From Candidatus Cloacimonadales bacterium (lineage in GTDB: Bacteria > Cloacimonadota > Cloacimonadia > Cloacimonadales > JAIOQZ01), in assembly GCA_963662655.2 (NCBI GenBank), contig CAXXTU010000002.1, forward strand, positions 64,001 through 128,000: a DNA stretch of 64,000 nucleotides, written 5' to 3'. Under the pieces are notes generated by a model. The model was not told the origin of the DNA. It saw only the letters and a program-made list of their open reading frames with translations, and searched no databases. Position numbers and translations under genes: made by a program. This document shows positions 35,342 to 44,258 of the stretch, in pieces. Position 1 is the stretch's first letter; every line of letters begins with the position of its first letter.

Positions 35342-36871
35342 ATGATACCACTTCCATTCGCTTACGCTGAGATCCATTACAGGCTTCCCTGGCTTGCGCC
35401 GGCTTACTACCGCAGTATGCCGGAGATTGTTACGGATTTGCCCACGCGATATGTGGTTCGATCCGGTAGGGGATTGCCCGTTGTAATGATCGTCAAAGAC
35501 GCGCACAAGTTCCCCGTAACAATCCACCGTGTTACCGCATGCATTTTACAGTCCGGCAAAACGGAGCGGATCAATTTCGAGATCGAGCAGGCTTTCGATG
35601 CGCCATACCGATCCGTTATGCTGTATATCAACAGCAAGCGCCTTCGAGTGGATCGCATGGCCTATGTTTCAATGCGGATCGAGTGCACGATTGATGGGAA
35701 TGAGCATACATTTTTCAACGATAACTACCCGGGATTGAACTGGGCTCCGTACCGATGCTTTATCAGCTCCGAACCGCTTCCGTACCCCGATGGCTGGCAC
35801 GCGGGGGATCCGCATGTGCACACGAATTTCACGGACGATCAGGTTGAGTTTGGCGCTGACATTCAAACCACTCGCGAGATGGCGAAAGCGATGGGGCTCG
35901 ACTGGTTTTTCGTCACGGACCACTCCTACGATCTGGACGACCGTGAGGGCGATTGCCTGCGCAACGACCCCGCATTGCCGAAATGGAATCGGATGAAAGC
36001 GGAAGTGCAGCGATTCGACTCTCCCGAGTGCCGGATTGTGCATGGGGAAGAGGCGTCCATCGGCAATATGTATGGCGAGAACGTCCATCTTCTGGCGGTG
36101 AATCGAGACGGATTCATCTACGGAAGCGGAGACAGCGCGGAGAGGTGGTTGGAAAACAAGCCACAACAGCTTCTGAGCAACCTGAAGTCGGAAGCGAACG
36201 AACTCCTGATCGCGGCGCATCCCTTCGAGAGGGTACCGATCCTGCAACGGCTGCTTATCAGGCGCGGTAACTGGCAGCTCTACGATTTCGATGCAGCGGG
36301 GATCAGACATCTGCAATGCATCAACTCGGCCACGCGCTCCGATATCATCGAGAGCATTCTGCACTGGCGGGACATGCTGCTCACGGGAAGGAGATTCTAT
36401 CTTCTCGCCGGGAACGATTCCCACGGCAATTTCAATATCATGCGCCAGATTCGCGTGCCGTTCCTGAAGCTGTTCAGTTCACGCAAGCAGACGTTCGGAA
36501 AAATGACGACGGTATTCCGTCTTGAAAGCAACGATCCGGTCGAGGGTATCAGAGCTGGCGAAATGATCGTTACAAACGGGCCGTTCATCAAGTTCCAGAT
36601 GGGCAAAGGCGAGAATGCCGTGCACATTGGGCAAACGATGAAGGCACGTCGCGAGCGACTGTTCTTCGAGGTAATCACTTCGAAAGAGTTCGGCAGGGTA
36701 ACACGGGTGGACCTGCTGATTGGGGATGTAAATCGCGGTAAAGAGCGAAGGATCATCAATCCGGACAACCGGAAGAAGATTGCCCCGCCAAATCATGGAT
36801 ACCTGCGCATGGAGCTTCGTACACGTAACGGCGGTTTTGCCGCCACCAATCCAATCTGGATCGAATCGTAA
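35342..36871 (+). CDS. PHP-like (CehA/McbA family) metallohydrolase
   Basis: GDPHVHT, VTDHS, GEE, AAHP, GNDSH, TNGP and TNPIW motifs. Confidence 0.88.
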   Translation: MIPLPFAYAEIHYRLPWLAPAYYRSMPEIVTDLPTRYVVRSGRGLPVVMIVKDAHKFPVTIHRVTACILQSGKTERINFEIEQAFDAPYRSVMLYINSKRLRVDRMAYVSMRIECTIDGNEHTFFNDNYPGLNWAPYRCFISSEPLPYPDGWHAGDPHVHTNFTDDQVEFGADIQTTREMAKAMGLDWFFVTDHSYDLDDREGDCLRNDPALPKWNRMKAEVQRFDSPECRIVHGEEASIGNMYGENVHLLAVNRDGFIYGSGDSAERWLENKPQQLLSNLKSEANELLIAAHPFERVPILQRLLIRRGNWQLYDFDAAGIRHLQCINSATRSDIIESILHWRDMLLTGRRFYLLAGNDSHGNFNIMRQIRVPFLKLFSSRKQTFGKMTTVFRLESNDPVEGIRAGEMIVTNGPFIKFQMGKGENAVHIGQTMKARRERLFFEVITSKEFGRVTRVDLLIGDVNRGKERRIINPDNRKKIAPPNHGYLRMELRTRNGGFAATNPIWIES

Positions 36872-36910
36872 ACCAGTTTCATTACTACCATTTTTAAACA
36901 TGTTTGTCCA

Positions 36911-36960
36911 GCCCAAGCGCGGGGGGGCGCCGCCCCCGCGCGCGGATGGCGCTTACCCCG
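36911..36960 (-). repeat. Degenerate, internally collapsed third copy of the structured repeat
   Basis: Minus strand CGCCATCCGCGCGCGGGGGCGGCGC matches copy 1 CACCGTCCGCGCGGCGGGGCGGCGC at 21/25 positions, followed directly by a partial right arm (CCCCCCGCGC-TTGGG). Confidence 0.6.
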
Positions 36961-36981
36961 GGTGGGGCATGGGCATATTAT

Positions 36982-37020
36982 AGAACCGCCTCGAATCTTT
37001 CTTTGATTCGAGGCGGTTCT
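36982..37020. terminator. Hairpin between convergent genes (probable terminator)
   Basis: Perfect 16-bp IR AGAACCGCCTCGAATC/GATTCGAGGCGGTTCT. Confidence 0.75.
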
Positions 37021-37036
37021 TGTATGTAATATCAGA

Positions 37037-40000
37037 TTATCTTCTTGTGCGTAGAGCAGGGATTGAGCCGACAGCGCTGATCTTGAAAAAGCGATATCCC
37101 TGCGACGCAGGAATCTGTGCTGAAGCGCTCTCGACATACTGCGAGTTCCATCCGTCTGCCACAGGTTGCGTGTTCATGTATACGCGATAACCGCCAGCGC
37201 CGGCAACTTCGCTCCAGCTCAGGTTGATCATCCCGTTATCCGCGTCGATTGTAACGACCACGTTCTGCGGTGCGTCCAGACCGAGAATGGTGTATTCCCA
37301 GCAACCACGATCGGGATCGGTGCGCGGATTGCCGTCGATATCGAAATCGATTCCTTCGTATGCCACGCCGCTGTTGATGGCGTTCGAGCCCTCAACGGTG
37401 TAGTAGCCTTCTCCCAAACCCGGATCCATGAGCAGGGTCGTAACGTCACCTGTTACTTCCTGGTACTCGCTGATGGAGGTGATGTTGGTATTCGCGATGC
37501 GCGCGTAAGCGCCGTCACTGTGGGTGAGGTTGTGGTGGATTTCCGCGACGTCGCTCATGCTGTAAAGCTCGATCGGCGCGATCATTCCGCCCAGCACGAT
37601 GTTGTTGACCCAGGCGAGTCCGGAGCAACCGTATTGCTGCAGGAATGCCACGCTGTTGGAATAGGTTGTGTTCATGCGGAGCGTGTTGAACACGATATGC
37701 GCGTTGACGGTATCTGTAAGATGGAGTGCGGCGTTGGTCGTGCCGCTCATCTCGATGTAATTGTTGTAGATCATCTGCTCGTGTTCGGTGTTCAGAATGT
37801 CGTCGAGCAGGATACCTATGCTGCCGGTGGAATATACGACATTGTTCGCGATTTCCAGTTGATCCGAGTCTTCGATGTGCATGCCGTTTCCGCGGCAGCC
37901 GGTGATGCGATTGCCGTTAACCGCTGCATCGAGCCAGTAATAGCCCTTGATACCCAGATATACGTTGTCGATGGTGTTGTTGAGAATCTCCAGACCCGAA
38001 TTGTCTACCGGACTCGCCGTCGCGCCGTAGATGAAGACGCCGTATCCCATGTTGGAAACATCGCAATTGGAAACACGGATGCCGTCGAATGGGACACCGT
38101 AGCCGTATATTGCGCTGACATTGCTGGAAATGGGTGATGACAGCTCTGTGGAGAAAGAGCAGTCGTTTACTTCAACGTTCTTCGTATAGCGATCGATAGC
38201 CAGGCCATTGGCAAAGCCAGTTCCCAGAGGCGCAATCTCGATGCCCTCGATCGTGAGATTGTAGCAGTTGTTCAGCATGATGCACCAGTTATCCGACGAG
38301 CTGGTCGCTTCGCTCTGGAAAACGACCGGGTTCTCGCTCTGGTTGCGAATGGTCAGCGATGAGTTGATCATACCCGGAATGTAATCGATCCGCACCGGTT
38401 CGTATGTCCCCGGCGCGACATAGAGCGTTATATTGCCGGCCATACCACGGAGGCGGAAGTCGTCGATCGCTTCGTTCAAGTCGGTGTAGGATCCACCGGT
38501 CCCCACAATCGTGCTGTGAATAACAGGATCACCTTGGTCGGCGATAACGGTTGCGCCCGGGCACGGATCGTTACCGAAAGGATTCCCGTCGATGTCGTAC
38601 GGATGCGATATGCTTATACCCCTTTCACGCAGCCAGGAGCACTGCGCATAGCCGTTCTCGTCCGGGAGCGGGTCTGCGTACTGTCCTTCGATCTCGCCCA
38701 TTTGGGTGTACATGAAAGCATAGGGTTCGTAGTAATGGTTATCGATCTTGCCGAGGTATTTTCCGCTGGCATAGCAGGTGTTACCCATCCAGGATGTGTC
38801 ATTGCAGCTCGTGACAAACGCTGCGTAGCCTTTGGCGGGGGACGACAAGATGTTGTTGATTATGTAGCTGTTATCGCTGTTATAGAGCGAGAGGGCGCAA
38901 CCGTAATCGGCATACGACTTGTTATCGATCGCGATTGTGTTATGCGTTGCAGAAACACCATCCGAATAACCAATGTTGAGCCCGGTCAATGACTGGCAAC
39001 TGCAATCCGTGACATTGACGATGTTGTTGTAGAATCTCGCGTCTTTGCCTTCTGCGACATTGATGTTGTTGAGGTTAACCAGCGAAGCGCTGATATTTGA
39101 GTTAGAATAGCCCGAAGCGAATATACGGTTGTTGTGGATATCGATATTGCCTTCTGAATGGGCGATGTAGATCGGCGTAAGGCTTTGGTTGAACATGCTT
39201 CCAGCGATCTCGAGGTTGTCAACCAATAACAGGTAGAGCGGTCCAGACATCCCGCTAAACTGACAACTGTTGATTGTCACGTTCTGATAGTGGTTGCTGT
39301 CGTAGTTCGCTCCCGGGAGATACACGCCATGATTGCCGCCCTGGAAGAAGCAGTTATCGATGGTGAGGCCGTCGCCCAAACCCTGTATCGAACTGATCGC
39401 AAAGCAATAGGTCGGCAGGTTGAACGAACAATTCACGAACTCAATATTCTCGCAGCGACCGCTGATGGCGATCTGCTGTGAATAGGGTGAAGAACTCAGC
39501 GTCGAGAAGGCGAGCCCTTCGAAGGTTAGGTTGTTCACTGCCTTGAGCAGGAAGAAGAAGTTGTCGTTCTGTTGCGAGTAGAGAGGATCGAGCTCGAGGA
39601 AGGTGCCTGGCTCCGCTGTGATGGTGACTCTGAAAGTGCTGTCCGTACGCGGATAGTCGTTGATTACATGGTACCCCTGATAGGTTCCAGCGAGAAGGGT
39701 TGCGGTGACGTCGCCGTCGATTCCGCGGAACTCCAGATCGTTGACAAACTCGTCGATCGTTTCGTAGTCGCCAGCTCCACCGATAGAATAGCTGCCGTTC
39801 ATGTGCGTGAATACGCCTGCGCCGGTGTGCTGATCCGCACCGATATCGAAGGATATAAAGCGGAGGTCGCCGTCCATGTCTTCGGTGATTTCGCTGCGAT
39901 ATATTCCCACATCGCGCAGCCAGGGACTCTGGGTGTGCATGTCGGCCGTCAAGTGAGGATTGATCGCAATGGAGTGCTGGTTCTGAGCTGGAACACCGTT

Positions 40001-42406
40001 TTGAAGCGCTGTTAAATTTTCATATACGGTTTCGAGCTTCGCCAGGTAGTTCGATTCGGAGTAGTAGCAGTTATAGTCGATTACGTGATTATCCGATGGT
40101 GTGTAGTAGCTTATATCGAGCGCATAGCTGTCGATGGAGACCAGGATGTTGTTAACAAAATCGAGTTGCATCGTGCCGGAGTTATAGAGGTTGACCGCAG
40201 TACTGTTTCCGCCATCGACCCAGACGGAGTTGTTGATGACGGTATATCCGTCTCCTCCGAGGGTAATTCCCTGGTGGCTTGTCGCACCGGTGAGGTGTAT
40301 GACATTATTGGCGATCAGGCTGCGTTCATCGCCAAGCTCCATGTTGTAGATCGCAAAGCCGTTGCCATTGGTGCCATCGACGAACACGCGGTTGCGAAGT
40401 ATCTGGAGATCGCTGCCGCCGTTGGTTGTGATCGCCCAGTATGTTATACCGTTGAAGTCATTATCAAACACATACGTGTTATGGGTCGTGTAGAGTTCCA
40501 GGCCGATGTATTGCTGTGTGAAGTCGCAATTCGTAATACTGGTGTCGTCCCCGCAAAGCTTGATCGCCTCGGTGTTACCCGTGAAAGTACAGCCATCGAA
40601 AGAGATGTTCTTCGCATAGGTGTACTCGTAGGCTTTCACCGAGAAGCGATAGTAGGACGAACTGGGTTGGATCGGCGCTGTGAAGGAGCATTGATCGAAC
40701 TCGATGAATCCGTTGAAGCCGGGCATTACGACCATGTTGCCATAGCTCGTCGTTTCGGTCTCGAAGTTGATGTTCTCGAATGTCATATACTTACAACGCT
40801 GCATCTGGATGATATAATTGTTTTCAGCGTCCTGCCCTGAATACTTAATGGTAACGTTGTCTCTGCCGGCAGGCTGGATTGTCATCTCGTGATCCCAGCC
40901 GATACCGGGAACATGGTGCCACTCGATCTGCTCTTCGTAAACCGCGTCGGTAAGCTGAACGACTACAGGGCCGTTCATGCCGCGGAACGCTGATTGATAG
41001 GCGAAATCCGCGAGTGTGGCGAAGTCTCCACCGCTACCGACGGTGTAGGTTCCGTTCAAAGGAGTCATCGCGGGGCTGGAAGCGTATTCGTATGCACCGA
41101 TATCAGGCGCGATGGCGTCACGTGTTTGTCCGTTGATATCGACGGTTATTCCGACCGGCACTCCCTGGTGATCCAGGTGCGGCGATGCGGTTTCGAGGAA
41201 ATCGTTGGCGAAGAACGGATTGATATTGCAGTTCGGGAGACCGCTCGCCGCAGCGTAATCGTCCAGCTCTAAGTAGTAGGTGTTCATGACTTTGCACACA
41301 TACTTTGATGTAGAATAGATGTTATTGTTTGTAATCACGTTACGATTGGATGCCGAGGGATCGATGTGGTACGCATACAATCCGTAGCCCCCGCCCAGCG
41401 ATACGAACTGGTTGTTCTTCACGGTGTTGCGGGTTCCGGAAATCGCCGCCGCGTTCGAGCCGGTGTGGGTCGATGTGTTCAGGACGGAGTTGTAGAAGAC
41501 TTCTGCATTTTCACAGTTGGTGATGGCCAGTCCGTTCGCTTCCGATCCGTAGTTGTTATAATACCAATTGTATCCATTCACGTCGATGACGTTGTTGAAC
41601 ACTTCGGAGTAAGGGCAATAGTTGAGTGCGATGCCGCTGTTCCAGGCCCGAACAACGTTTCTCGAAACCTCGGCGTTGTTGCAGGATGACAACGAGATCG
41701 CGAGGTTGGCGTCGTTGATGGTTTCATCACTGAGCACAAGACCGTTACAGCGAACCAGGCTGATCCCGTAATAGCATCCGCCATTGTGCTGATTGCCGGT
41801 GATCGACCAGTTGTTGAAGCTGTCATTGCTGCTCGATGAGTTGATATAAATATGCGCATAACCGTTGTTGAACGTATTTCCGGAAATCACGACGTTGTCG
41901 GCGTCCGATTCGTTCCGGCTGCATGCATAGATACACTCGTGGTTGCTCGTGGTAATGCTTTCCTCGTTGTTGAAGGTACAGTTCGTGCACTGGAAGCCAT
42001 CGCTGTTGCCTTCGATGTAGATACTGCGGGCGTAAGTTCCAGTGGGCTGGAAGGTTAGTCCGTCGATGTGGATGTTTGTTGTGGAGGTGATCTTGAAGAC
42101 GCTGTGGTCGGTGCTGCTCGAGTTCGGGTTGGTCATGACGACATCCGAGACGTCGTCGCCGCCGGATGTGATCGTGAGGCTGAAGCCGATGCCACCGAGA
42201 TCGATGGTGAAAGGACCGGGGTATGTACCCGGGTTGAGATCGAAGACCACGTTGTCGTTCATTCCCGACGTGGTCAGCGCGTCTATTGCGTCGTTCAGGG
42301 TTTCGAAGTTTGCACTGCTACCGCCGATCGTGTAGGTTCCGCCCATTGGATCGGCACACAGGAATGCGGAAGTGATAAGCAACATACACAGTAAGAAATA
42401 CTTCAT
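37037..42406 (-). CDS. Large secreted protein with four tandem right-handed beta-helix modules and a short FN3-like C-terminal domain
   Basis: Signal peptide; four modules starting G.Y..G..G.(F/Y).TL and ending D.DG..R....D.GA; Asn-rich parallel beta-helix repeats. Confidence 0.88.
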   Translation of the reverse strand: MKYFLLCMLLITSAFLCADPMGGTYTIGGSSANFETLNDAIDALTTSGMNDNVVFDLNPGTYPGPFTIDLGGIGFSLTITSGGDDVSDVVMTNPNSSSTDHSVFKITSTTNIHIDGLTFQPTGTYARSIYIEGNSDGFQCTNCTFNNEESITTSNHECIYACSRNESDADNVVISGNTFNNGYAHIYINSSSSNDSFNNWSITGNQHNGGCYYGISLVRCNGLVLSDETINDANLAISLSSCNNAEVSRNVVRAWNSGIALNYCPYSEVFNNVIDVNGYNWYYNNYGSEANGLAITNCENAEVFYNSVLNTSTHTGSNAAAISGTRNTVKNNQFVSLGGGYGLYAYHIDPSASNRNVITNNNIYSTSKYVCKVMNTYYLELDDYAAASGLPNCNINPFFANDFLETASPHLDHQGVPVGITVDINGQTRDAIAPDIGAYEYASSPAMTPLNGTYTVGSGGDFATLADFAYQSAFRGMNGPVVVQLTDAVYEEQIEWHHVPGIGWDHEMTIQPAGRDNVTIKYSGQDAENNYIIQMQRCKYMTFENINFETETTSYGNMVVMPGFNGFIEFDQCSFTAPIQPSSSYYRFSVKAYEYTYAKNISFDGCTFTGNTEAIKLCGDDTSITNCDFTQQYIGLELYTTHNTYVFDNDFNGITYWAITTNGGSDLQILRNRVFVDGTNGNGFAIYNMELGDERSLIANNVIHLTGATSHQGITLGGDGYTVINNSVWVDGGNSTAVNLYNSGTMQLDFVNNILVSIDSYALDISYYTPSDNHVIDYNCYYSESNYLAKLETVYENLTALQNGVPAQNQHSIAINPHLTADMHTQSPWLRDVGIYRSEITEDMDGDLRFISFDIGADQHTGAGVFTHMNGSYSIGGAGDYETIDEFVNDLEFRGIDGDVTATLLAGTYQGYHVINDYPRTDSTFRVTITAEPGTFLELDPLYSQQNDNFFFLLKAVNNLTFEGLAFSTLSSSPYSQQIAISGRCENIEFVNCSFNLPTYCFAISSIQGLGDGLTIDNCFFQGGNHGVYLPGANYDSNHYQNVTINSCQFSGMSGPLYLLLVDNLEIAGSMFNQSLTPIYIAHSEGNIDIHNNRIFASGYSNSNISASLVNLNNINVAEGKDARFYNNIVNVTDCSCQSLTGLNIGYSDGVSATHNTIAIDNKSYADYGCALSLYNSDNSYIINNILSSPAKGYAAFVTSCNDTSWMGNTCYASGKYLGKIDNHYYEPYAFMYTQMGEIEGQYADPLPDENGYAQCSWLRERGISISHPYDIDGNPFGNDPCPGATVIADQGDPVIHSTIVGTGGSYTDLNEAIDDFRLRGMAGNITLYVAPGTYEPVRIDYIPGMINSSLTIRNQSENPVVFQSEATSSSDNWCIMLNNCYNLTIEGIEIAPLGTGFANGLAIDRYTKNVEVNDCSFSTELSSPISSNVSAIYGYGVPFDGIRVSNCDVSNMGYGVFIYGATASPVDNSGLEILNNTIDNVYLGIKGYYWLDAAVNGNRITGCRGNGMHIEDSDQLEIANNVVYSTGSIGILLDDILNTEHEQMIYNNYIEMSGTTNAALHLTDTVNAHIVFNTLRMNTTYSNSVAFLQQYGCSGLAWVNNIVLGGMIAPIELYSMSDVAEIHHNLTHSDGAYARIANTNITSISEYQEVTGDVTTLLMDPGLGEGYYTVEGSNAINSGVAYEGIDFDIDGNPRTDPDRGCWEYTILGLDAPQNVVVTIDADNGMINLSWSEVAGAGGYRVYMNTQPVADGWNSQYVESASAQIPASQGYRFFKISAVGSIPALRTRR

Positions 42407-42641
42407 AAGAATCCTCTCTTTTTTCTATTTTCCTAATTTATTTCGTTTCAGGCTCTTTCATGTAAAAAAAGCCAATCTACATTTTAGATGGTAGCTATAG
42501 GGTCAAGGAGAAATCCATTTTTTAGCCATAATCTCTGCGAATGGCATTCAGTGTGATGTGTGTAACATAATTGACGGGAGAGGATAGGGTGCGTGTTATT
42601 CAAAACGTGTTGGAATAGATAACGCTAGTTATCTGGGCTCT

Positions 42642-43406
42642 CTATTCGCGAATTGCATCTCCGGCAATTGCCCTGATTACAACAGAAGCGGCCCACATGC
42701 CCATGATCGCCGGAAGGTAGCCCACGGTTCCGAGGGTCCCTCTTTTCCTGCCGCGATCGACCTCCCACTCCGCTTCCGATCCAGCGTCGTGGTTGTGCTG
42801 TGGCTGTGGAATTTCGGAGGAGTAGATCACCGGTATCCCTTTCTCGATTCCGCGCCGTTTCAGATACTTCCGCACGCGCCGCGCAAGGGGGCAGTTTGTG
42901 GTCTTGCTCAGGTCGCTCATGCGGATTTTGGAGGGATCGAGCTTACCGCCGGCTCCCATGACTGAGATGATCGGAATCTTCAGGTTGAAGGCGTCTTCGA
43001 GCAAGCCGGTCTTGGGACCGAGGCTGTCGATGGCGTCGATCACATAGTCCAGGCCGGGCAGAATCTTCTCGCGCAGCGGCTGATCGCAGAAATCAGCGTG
43101 GCACTCGACGGCAGCGTTTGGGTTGATGTCGAGAATCCTCTGCCTGAGCGCATCGGTTTTGTGCATTCCAATGGTGCTGTGGAGGGCGGTAAGTTGGCGG
43201 TTGATGTTCGAGGGCTTGATGCGGTCGAAATCGACCAGCACGAAGTGTCCGATTCCGGTTCGGGCCAGGATTTCGGCTGCGTAAGTTCCCACGCCTCCCA
43301 AGCCCATGATTCCGATCCTGGTTTGCGTCAATTTCTCTACAGCTTCATCACCCAGCAGAAGCGAGGTTCTTTGCAGCGCGTCACTTTGTTGTAATGATTC
43401 CATCAT
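42642..43406 (-). CDS. tcdA: tRNA threonylcarbamoyladenosine dehydratase (ThiF family)
   Basis: GLGGVG, VDFD....SNINRQ, DAIDS, SVMGAG.K.DP, CPLAR.VR and YSSE. Confidence 0.92.
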   Translation of the reverse strand: MMESLQQSDALQRTSLLLGDEAVEKLTQTRIGIMGLGGVGTYAAEILARTGIGHFVLVDFDRIKPSNINRQLTALHSTIGMHKTDALRQRILDINPNAAVECHADFCDQPLREKILPGLDYVIDAIDSLGPKTGLLEDAFNLKIPIISVMGAGGKLDPSKIRMSDLSKTTNCPLARRVRKYLKRRGIEKGIPVIYSSEIPQPQHNHDAGSEAEWEVDRGRKRGTLGTVGYLPAIMGMWAASVVIRAIAGDAIRE

Positions 43407-44169
43407 CGATGTCGAACAGCTCCCTGAAATTTTTACTTTGAACCTGTGCCAGTTCTTGCAAGGGCACCGATGTCAGTGTTGACGTCGCATGGATTATTGT
43501 CAGCAAATTTCGTGGAGTATGGGAATTCTCGGGGGAATATCCGGGCTTCTGATAGGGGGCGTCCGTCTCGAAAAAGTATTTTCCCGAACGGACGATCTGT
43601 TTCAGCGCTTCAAGCCGGCTTCTTCCCGAAGTGATTCTTCCGCCGATCGAAACCAGCAGGCCGAGTCTCCGGTAGCTTTCGAACAGCTCCGCGGAGCCGT
43701 AGAAGCCGTGCACGATGCCGCGAGTTTGGGGGAAATCATTGCGGATGATATGAAACATACGCTCATGGTTTTTCACCACATGCAGAACCACGGGCAGATT
43801 GTACGACCTCGCCAGATCGAGCTGCATTCTCAGCAGCTTCTCCTGATAGCGGGAATCCGGATTTCGCGAATCGAGCCCGATCTCGCCGATTCCGATGATC
43901 TCCTTCCGGTCGCAAAGCTTAACCAGCGCCTGGAAGTCTCTCTCGGAGCTTTTATGGTAGTACGGATGGATGCCGGCAGTCCAAGGGATGCCCTTTTCAG
44001 ACAATTCCCGGTGAAAATCGTACTCGTTCTTGCACAACGCGGACGAAACGGGCAACACGGATGCCTTCAATGCGCTCTCGATTATCGTATCGACTTGGCC
44101 GGTGAACTGTTCGTCCGCAAGATGGCAGTGGACGTCGATCCACGTCGTTAATACTTCGGGTTTTTCGAT
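43381..44169 (-). CDS. tatD: TatD family hydrolase (start codon unresolved)
   Basis: GIHP, IGEIGLD, VLH, VHGF and ETDAP. The N-terminal IDVHCHL motif is in frame at about 44139-44119, upstream of the ORF-track start (44070). No in-frame ATG/GTG/TTG occurs before the stop at 44199-44197. Confidence 0.85.
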   Translation of the reverse strand: MEKPEVLTTWIDVHCHLADEQFTGQVDTIIESALKASVLPVSSALCKNEYDFHRELSEKGIPWTAGIHPYYHKSSERDFQALVKLCDRKEIIGIGEIGLDSRNPDSRYQEKLLRMQLDLARSYNLPVVLHVVKNHERMFHIIRNDFPQTRGIVHGFYGSAELFESYRRLGLLVSIGGRITSGRSRLEALKQIVRSGKYFFETDAPYQKPGYSPENSHTPRNLLTIIHATSTLTSVPLQELAQVQSKNFRELFDIDDGIITTK

Positions 44170-44258
44170 TTCGTACTCCTGAGGCTCCTTGATATCTTAT
44201 ATAACTGTGAAATCGTATCGATAAGGGCAAGCTTTTTCGATTCGCAACGGAGGGAGGG

